DNA from: Candidatus Arthromitus sp. SFB-mouse-Japan
GTDB lineage: Bacteria; Bacillota; Clostridia; Clostridiales; Clostridiaceae
Reading direction: 5' to 3'
NCBI RefSeq assembly: GCF_000270205.1
Contig: NC_015913.1
Coordinates: 1,350,001 to 1,382,000, forward strand
Length of the DNA stretch: 32,000 nt
Made by a program: the position numbers and the translations under genes. The notes under the pieces are model-generated. The model was not told the DNA's origin. It ran no database searches and was given only the letters and a program-made list of their open reading frames with translations. Position 1 is the first letter of the stretch. Each line of letters opens with the position of its first letter. Of this stretch, positions 27,484-32,000 are shown piece by piece.

Positions 27484-27559
27484 TGGAGCTGGCAATAGGA
27501 CTTGAACCCACAACCTGCTGATTACAAGTCAGCTGCTCTACCAATTGAGCTATGCCAGC
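27484..27559 (-). tRNA. trnT: tRNA-Thr (anticodon UGU), copy 2 in transcription order, CCA encoded
   Basis: Reverse complement GCTGGCATAGCTCAATTGGTAGAGCAGCTGACTTGTAATCAGCAGGTTGTGGGTTCAAGTCCTATTGCCAGCTCCA, with anticodon loop CU-TGT-AA. Confidence 0.95.
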
Positions 27560-27562
27560 AAA

Positions 27563-27638
27563 TGGTGGGCACAACAGGGATCGAACCTGTGACCTCCTGC
27601 TTGTAAGGCAGATGCTCTCCCAGCTGAGCTATGCGCCC
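27563..27638 (-). tRNA. trnV: tRNA-Val (anticodon UAC), CCA encoded
   Basis: Reverse complement GGGCGCATAGCTCAGCTGGGAGAGCATCTGCCTTACAAGCAGGAGGTCACAGGTTCGATCCCTGTTGTGCCCACCA, with anticodon loop CU-TAC-AA. Confidence 0.95.
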
Positions 27639-27642
27639 TTAA

Positions 27643-27728
27643 TGGTGGAGGAAGCTGGATTCGAACCAGCGAAGTCGAAAGACAACAGATTTACAGTCTG
27701 CCCCCTTTGGCCACTCGGGAATTCCTCC
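27643..27728 (-). tRNA. trnY: tRNA-Tyr (anticodon GUA), long variable arm, CCA encoded
   Basis: Reverse complement GGAGGAATTCCCGAGTGGCCAAAGGGGGCAGACTGTAAATCTGTTGTCTTTCGACTTCGCTGGTTCGAATCCAGCTTCCTCCACCA (86 nt), with anticodon loop CU-GTA-AA. Confidence 0.95.
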
Positions 27729-27735
27729 ATGTTAC

Positions 27736-27811
27736 TGGAGCTGGCAATAGGACTTGAACCCACAACCTGCTGATTACAAGTCAGCTGCTCTACCAATTGA
27801 GCTATGCCAGC
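27736..27811 (-). tRNA. trnT: tRNA-Thr (anticodon UGU), copy 1 in transcription order, identical to 27484..27559
   Basis: All 76 nt are the same as the other tRNA-Thr copy. Confidence 0.95.
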
Positions 27812-27830
27812 AATATCCATCAACATTTTT

Positions 27831-27859
27831 ATTATATTATATATAATTTGATTTTGCAA
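27831..27859 (-). promoter_or_regulatory. Strong candidate sigma-A promoter of the tRNA operon
   Basis: Minus strand: TTGCAA (27859-27854), 17-nt spacer, TATAAT (27836-27831). The -10 ends 19 nt upstream of the first tRNA. Confidence 0.55.
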
Positions 27860-27950
27860 TACTAATTTAATCTATTTTATAATTATTTATTTCGTTTTAA
27901 GCTATATTTTATTATATTATCTATAATTTACTTTAAATTAGTAGCAATTA

Positions 27951-28205
27951 TTAATTTTCTCCACTACTATATTTCATTTTAGTAGCATTACCTCCACGTA
28001 TATGCCTTTCTGCTTTATTTAAATCCAATATATACTTAGCTTCTCTAGCTATTAAAGGGTTAATTTTAGGCAAACGTTCAGTCATATCTTTATGTATAGT
28101 GCTTTTGCTAACTCCAAAGGCTCTAGCTGTTTTTCTTATAGTAGATTTAGAATCTATTATATATTTTGCAACACCTAAAACCCTTTCTTCTATATAATCT
28201 TTCAT
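27951..28205 (-). CDS. spoIIID: Stage III sporulation transcriptional regulator SpoIIID
   Basis: MKDYIEERVLGVAKYIIDSKSTIRKTARAFGVSKSTIHKDMTERL...AERHIRGG is the conserved SpoIIID HTH protein. ATG at 28205 with AAGGAAG upstream. The track's 15-aa N-terminal extension is simply the translated hairpin at 28226-28250. Confidence 0.9.
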   Translation of the reverse strand: MKDYIEERVLGVAKYIIDSKSTIRKTARAFGVSKSTIHKDMTERLPKINPLIAREAKYILDLNKAERHIRGGNATKMKYSSGEN

Positions 28206-28225
28206 GTCATATCTTCCTTTAATAG

Positions 28226-28250
28226 TTGTCCAGTCACCTCGACTGGACAA
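28226..28250 (-). promoter_or_regulatory. Perfect 10-bp hairpin between the spoIIQ-like stop and spoIIID (insulator, processing or stability element; no U-tract)
   Basis: ttgtccagtc (28226-28235) / gactggacaa (28241-28250) with a 5-nt loop. It starts on the base after the upstream stop codon. The following sequence CUAUUAAAGG is not U-rich. Confidence 0.4.
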
Positions 28251-29108
28251 CTATTTAAAATTTATATAATCTGCTGGATTTACTTCTTCATTATTTAGAT
28301 ACATTACAAAATTTAAATGTGATCCATAATCCTCATTTGAATAATTACCTGATGAATTTCCAACTGTTGCTATAACTTCACCTTTCCTAACCTTTTGACC
28401 ATTGACAACCTTAATCTCTTCATCTAAATTTGTATACACACTTTTAAATCCATTATCATGTTTAATTACTATATACTGTCCCTTTTCCGTTAAATCATTA
28501 TCTATTTTTTCGACAACACCATCTAAAACAGACATAACAGATTCACCCTTATCAGCCTTTAAATCTACACCATCTCTAGTTCTCCATGTATTTAAAGTCT
28601 TAGAATACATCGTATCTACTGAATACTCTCTTATTAATGAGCCCTCAACAGGACTAGAAAATGTTAATGTGGATGCTGAAACTTGAACATTATCTTTATC
28701 TAAATCAACATCAACAACCTCTTTGTTAACCAAATCTTTTTTATCCTCAATTAAATTTGTTGCAATATCGGTATTTGACAATTTATCTAAATTATCATTT
28801 TTACTTACAATATCTTTTACTTCCTGATTATTTGAAGTATTCAATACATCTTCATTTTTAGTATTAGTATCACTCGGTATATTATTAACTTGAAGGGCAT
28901 TATCCATATTACTCTCATTGATATTTAATTCTTCATTAAATTTCGTATTATCTGTAACCTGAGTTTTATTACCCTCTGCGTAATTATTGTTAAATGATGA
29001 ATTACTAAAATAAATTATTAACGCTAAAACTATTGCTATCCCAATAAAAACAAATAAATTAATCTTTTCCTTCTTGCCAAATATTTTTGTCCTTTTTAAA
29101 TTATTCAT
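28251..29108 (-). CDS. spoIIQ: SpoIIQ-like forespore membrane protein (single N-terminal TM helix, low-complexity linker, degenerate LytM/M23 domain)
   Basis: It sits between spoIID and spoIIID. ATG at 29108 with GGAGGTG upstream. TM helix INLFVFIGIAIVLALIIYF. The M23-like C-terminus is RDGVDL...GQYIVIKHDNGFKSVYTNL...GSHLNF, with metal-site positions substituted (see findings). Confidence 0.6.
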   Translation of the reverse strand: MNNLKRTKIFGKKEKINLFVFIGIAIVLALIIYFSNSSFNNNYAEGNKTQVTDNTKFNEELNINESNMDNALQVNNIPSDTNTKNEDVLNTSNNQEVKDIVSKNDNLDKLSNTDIATNLIEDKKDLVNKEVVDVDLDKDNVQVSASTLTFSSPVEGSLIREYSVDTMYSKTLNTWRTRDGVDLKADKGESVMSVLDGVVEKIDNDLTEKGQYIVIKHDNGFKSVYTNLDEEIKVVNGQKVRKGEVIATVGNSSGNYSNEDYGSHLNFVMYLNNEEVNPADYINFK

Positions 29109-29126
29109 TTTTAACACCTCCATTCT

Positions 29127-29155
29127 AATTGTGTCCACTTTTAGTAAAAAAATAC
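29127..29155 (-). promoter_or_regulatory. Weak candidate forespore (sigma-F/G-type) promoter for the spoIIQ-like gene
   Basis: Minus strand: GTATT (29155-29151), 14-nt spacer, GGACACAATT (29136-29127). This partly fits the GyATA ... GGnnAnAnTw pattern I remember for sigma-F. It could easily be chance in AT-rich DNA. Confidence 0.3.
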
Positions 29156-29198
29156 ATTTTTAGAACATTTTGCACAAAAAAAAAAGAAAAAGGCATCA

Positions 29199-30173
29199 CT
29201 AAATTGAAACCTTTTTAATCTTAACACCACTATAATAATGTTTTAATATTTCATCATACTTATAACCAAGCTCAGCCATCTTTCCTGCTCCCCATTGGGA
29301 CAAACCAACACCGTGACCATAACCTCTAACTTTTATAACTATATTATTATCTTCCTTTTTCATATCTATATTACTCGAATTTAACTCGAATAAATATCTG
29401 AAATCTAATCCTCTAATAATCTCATTCCCCAATCTTATCCTATATATTGATCCTGATTCCGTATAACCCAAAATTTCAATATCATCATAGTTTTTAACAT
29501 TCGCATTAGAATATTTATTATTTATCCTATCTACAAACTCACTCTCGCTAAATACATATTCCTTGGTAACATTTGGTGCATCTTGATCAAATAAACTATT
29601 AACAGATTTTAAATATGGCTCGTCAAACGAGAATACATCTGATGAATTTTCGGTATATCCACTTGAAATTGCAAAATATAATGCATTATTAACAATTTCA
29701 TCATTGTAATACAAGACTTCTCCTCTTGTTTCGTCTATAGCTCTTCTTATTTTTTCTATATATTCATCTTTCTTACTACCAAACTTCTGCTCATACATAC
29801 TCTCATCTATATAAGCCTGAGAATGGACTGTATCACAAACATGAGCAACATTATGTATTTTTACCCCACTAATTACCTTGCTAATTGCATATGTTCTAGA
29901 TGTAACTGCCTGGGCCTTTAAAGCCTCTATATCAAATTTCACAGGCATTTCAGCTGCCAAAACACCTTCTAAATATTCTTCTAATTTCAATTCTTCTACA
30001 CTATCTGTTTCATGTCTATATAATTTTATAATAACATCTTCCTGATTAACATTAATGAAACCTTTAAAATCTTCATTATAACTAATACCAATAACTGCTA
30101 AAGGCAATAAAAAAAATACACACATAAAAATTAATAATAATAATGAAAACTTCTTTAAAATATATTTAATCAA
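29199..30173 (-). CDS. spoIID: Stage II sporulation protein D (SpoIID lytic transglycosylase family)
   Basis: N-terminal anchor, then EYLEGVLAAEMP, ALKAQAVTSRTYA, VCDTVHSQAY and GYGHGVGLSQWGA, which are typical of SpoIID/LytB domains. TTG start with AGAGGT upstream. Confidence 0.9.
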   Translation of the reverse strand: MIKYILKKFSLLLLIFMCVFFLLPLAVIGISYNEDFKGFINVNQEDVIIKLYRHETDSVEELKLEEYLEGVLAAEMPVKFDIEALKAQAVTSRTYAISKVISGVKIHNVAHVCDTVHSQAYIDESMYEQKFGSKKDEYIEKIRRAIDETRGEVLYYNDEIVNNALYFAISSGYTENSSDVFSFDEPYLKSVNSLFDQDAPNVTKEYVFSESEFVDRINNKYSNANVKNYDDIEILGYTESGSIYRIRLGNEIIRGLDFRYLFELNSSNIDMKKEDNNIVIKVRGYGHGVGLSQWGAGKMAELGYKYDEILKHYYSGVKIKKVSI

Positions 30174-30245
30174 AACATTTTACCTCTACTAATCTTTAAT
30201 ATATAATATTTTATTTATTAATATGTTATATATTCTTACAAAATA

Positions 30246-30273
30246 AAAAACATCCAAAATAATGGATGTTTTT
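30246..30273 (-). terminator. Intrinsic terminator after murA
   Basis: 11-bp stem aaaaacatcca / tggatgttttt with a 6-nt loop. There are U-tracts on both strands. It lies 10 nt after the murA stop. Confidence 0.65.
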
Positions 30274-30283
30274 TATTCTTAAT

Positions 30284-31537
30284 TTATATTCTATCTATAC
30301 TAGCATTCAATTTTCTTAATTTATACTCTATTCCTGAATATCCTCTATCAATATGATATATATCGGTAATCTCACTTTCACCATCACAAGATAGTGCTGA
30401 AAGTATAAGTGCAGCTCCAGCTCTTAAGTCTGTAGCCTTTACAGTCGATGATATTAGTTTACTCACACCTTCTATTATAGCAACTCGATCATATATAGAA
30501 ATATTAGCTCCCATTCTACACAATTCCATAACATGCATAAACCTATTTTCAAAAATAGTTTCAGTAATAGTACTAACACCATTTGTAACCGATAATAATG
30601 CCATCAATTGTGGTTGCATATCAGTAGGAAAACCAGGATGAGGTAAAGTTTTTAAATTAATAGCTCTTAAATCAACATTACCATTTACAAAAATTTCATT
30701 CCCATCAATATTCATATCAAGTCCCATCTCATAAAATTTAGATAAAATCGGATTTAAATATTCCTCATTTATCCCCCTCACCTTAAATCTACTCTTAGTA
30801 ATAGCTGCAAGTGCTATATAAGTTCCAGCTTCTATCCTATCATAAATAGGAATATGCCTAGTACCTCTCAAATTTTTGACGCCATTTATAATTATTTTAG
30901 ATGTCCCTGCGCCTTCTATATCTCCACCCATACCATTTATAAATACTACCAAATCTACTATTTCAGGTTCTTTAGCTGCATTCTCTATTATAGTTCTTCC
31001 TTCAGCCAATGTAGCAGCCATAATTAAATTCTCAGTAGCTCCTACTGAAGGAAAATCTAAATATATTTTAGATCCAAGTAATTTTTTTGCCGTAATTTCA
31101 ACACATCCATTCACAATTGAAACATTTGCTCCTAAAGTTGATAATCCTTTCAAATGCAAATCAATTGGTCTAAGACCTATATTACATCCTCCTGGCATAT
31201 AAATACAAGCTTTACCAAATCTAGATATTAAAGGTCCTAATACTAAAAATGAAGCTCTCATCTTCCTTACTAAATTCTCAGATAAATCAAGTGGAAGCAT
31301 ATTCTTACTATTTATACTAAGAGTACTATCTATCTCATTTATATCTACCTTTACTTTCAAACTCCTTAGTACATCACATATAACAAAAACATCATCAAGC
31401 ATAGGTATGTTTTCAATTATACATTCATCATCACATAGTATTGTGGCCGCTATTATAGGTAATACAGAATTTTTAGCCGAACTAACCTCAATCTCACCGT
31501 TAAGCGTCCTACCGCCTCTAATTCTAAATCTTTGCAT
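30284..31537 (-). CDS. murA: UDP-N-acetylglucosamine 1-carboxyvinyltransferase
   Basis: 417 aa. SAKNSVLPIIAA, active-site loop PGGCNIGLRPIDLHLKG, FPTDMQPQ, DRGY. GGAGGAG RBS. Confidence 0.95.
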   Translation of the reverse strand: MQRFRIRGGRTLNGEIEVSSAKNSVLPIIAATILCDDECIIENIPMLDDVFVICDVLRSLKVKVDINEIDSTLSINSKNMLPLDLSENLVRKMRASFLVLGPLISRFGKACIYMPGGCNIGLRPIDLHLKGLSTLGANVSIVNGCVEITAKKLLGSKIYLDFPSVGATENLIMAATLAEGRTIIENAAKEPEIVDLVVFINGMGGDIEGAGTSKIIINGVKNLRGTRHIPIYDRIEAGTYIALAAITKSRFKVRGINEEYLNPILSKFYEMGLDMNIDGNEIFVNGNVDLRAINLKTLPHPGFPTDMQPQLMALLSVTNGVSTITETIFENRFMHVMELCRMGANISIYDRVAIIEGVSKLISSTVKATDLRAGAALILSALSCDGESEITDIYHIDRGYSGIEYKLRKLNASIDRI

Positions 31538-31629
31538 GCTAGCCGCTCCTCCAAATATTAATTTATCTTAGATTAAATAAAACCACATTATATTATACGG
31601 TACCAATATACAAAGTTAATTATAATTTT

Positions 31630-32000
31630 TTAATTATTACCTAAATAGTTTTTTTCTAGTATGCTAACTATCCTTTTTGATGTATTCCCATCTCCATAAA
31701 CATTACTTATCACCTTATCCTCAATTCCATTATCTATCAATTCTTTTGCAAATTTATATATTCTATCTCTATCCGTTCCAACTAATTTTATCATCCCTTC
31801 TTCTATCATCTCTTCCCTCTCAGTCTCATTTCTTAAAACCAAAACAACTTTACCCAAATGAGGAGCCTCCTCCTGTATACCACCTGAATCAGTCATAACA
31901 AAAAAACACCTAGATAATAAATTATGTGAATCGTATATATCTATAGGATCTAATATATATACATTTGATATGCCATTTAAAATAGAATTTACTGTATCCC
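31630..32000 (-). CDS. wecB: UDP-N-acetylglucosamine 2-epimerase (WecB/MnaA), 3' part; 5' end is outside the window
   Basis: The frame is open from the window edge: ...LDPIDIYDSHNLLSRCFFVMTDSGGIQEEAPHLGKVVLVLRNETEREE...GDGNTSKRIV. The ATG at 31896 is internal. Confidence 0.85.
   Translation of the reverse strand, partial: DTVNSILNGISNVYILDPIDIYDSHNLLSRCFFVMTDSGGIQEEAPHLGKVVLVLRNETEREEMIEEGMIKLVGTDRDRIYKFAKELIDNGIEDKVISNVYGDGNTSKRIVSILEKNYLGNN

Noticed and set aside
27484-27811. The repeated 76-nt units as a CRISPR-like or other repeat array
   Set aside because: The repeats are complete cloverleaf tRNA-Thr genes, and the sequences between them are tRNA-Tyr and tRNA-Val. No short direct-repeat/spacer periodicity occurs anywhere in the window.
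27552-27859. ORFs 27552..27773 (+) and 27629..27859 (-) across the tRNA cluster
   Set aside because: They are entirely composed of tRNA gene sequence. They are open frames by chance in the only G+C-rich part of the region.
28206-28250. 15-aa N-terminal extension of SpoIIID (track start 28250)
   Set aside because: The extension is the translation of the perfect hairpin. The conserved SpoIIID N-terminus MKDYIEERV starts at the ATG at 28205, which has a proper RBS.
30876-31202. 108-aa + strand ORF inside murA, and 31677..31898 (+) inside wecB
   Set aside because: They are antisense shadow frames of strongly supported enzyme genes, with proline/serine-rich nonsense translations.

Overview
Very AT-rich chromosomal segment from an endospore-forming Firmicute, probably Clostridia. 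This is inferred from the murA-spoIID-spoIIQ-spoIIID block and the recD2-comF-hpf-secA-prfB synteny. I did no database search; all calls come from reading the sequence and translations.

Gene content, left to right:
- 3' part of a GT2/TPR-like glycosyltransferase
- 981-aa secreted repeat protein with a DUF4214-like C-terminus
- About 600 nt of AT-rich spacer
- LspA-like peptidase plus CPA2 antiporter operon
- Orphan YhaN/SbcE-like membrane SMC-type ATPase
- NodB deacetylase plus DD-carboxypeptidase operon
- 158-aa orphan, a possible 43-codon Cys-rich micro-ORF, and tRNA-Trp
- tsaE-tsaB-rimI
- RibU-like ECF S component
- tex, split by a 1-nt frameshift
- prfB with its programmed +1 frameshift
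- secA and hpf
- A roughly 210-nt structured RNA with its own promoter
- comFC, a motif-less ComFA relic, and recD2
- nagA and metK
- tRNA operon Thr-Tyr-Val-Thr
- spoIIID, spoIIQ-like, spoIID, murA
- 3' part of wecB

I found no CRISPR array, transposase, integrase, prophage or recognisable defence island. This is a core-genome neighbourhood.

Best leads:
1. The comFC-hpf spacer RNA, which fits the function-unknown raiA-motif class.
2. Independent signs of gene erosion: the tex frameshift, the comFA relic and the non-canonical P-loop in the YhaN-like protein.
3. A diverged LspA paralogue coupled to an antiporter.
4. A degenerate-LytM SpoIIQ separated from spoIIID by a perfect hairpin.
5. Perfect hairpins that fill or overlap every convergent gene junction. 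One of them encodes the same KKEGIS C-terminus on both strands.
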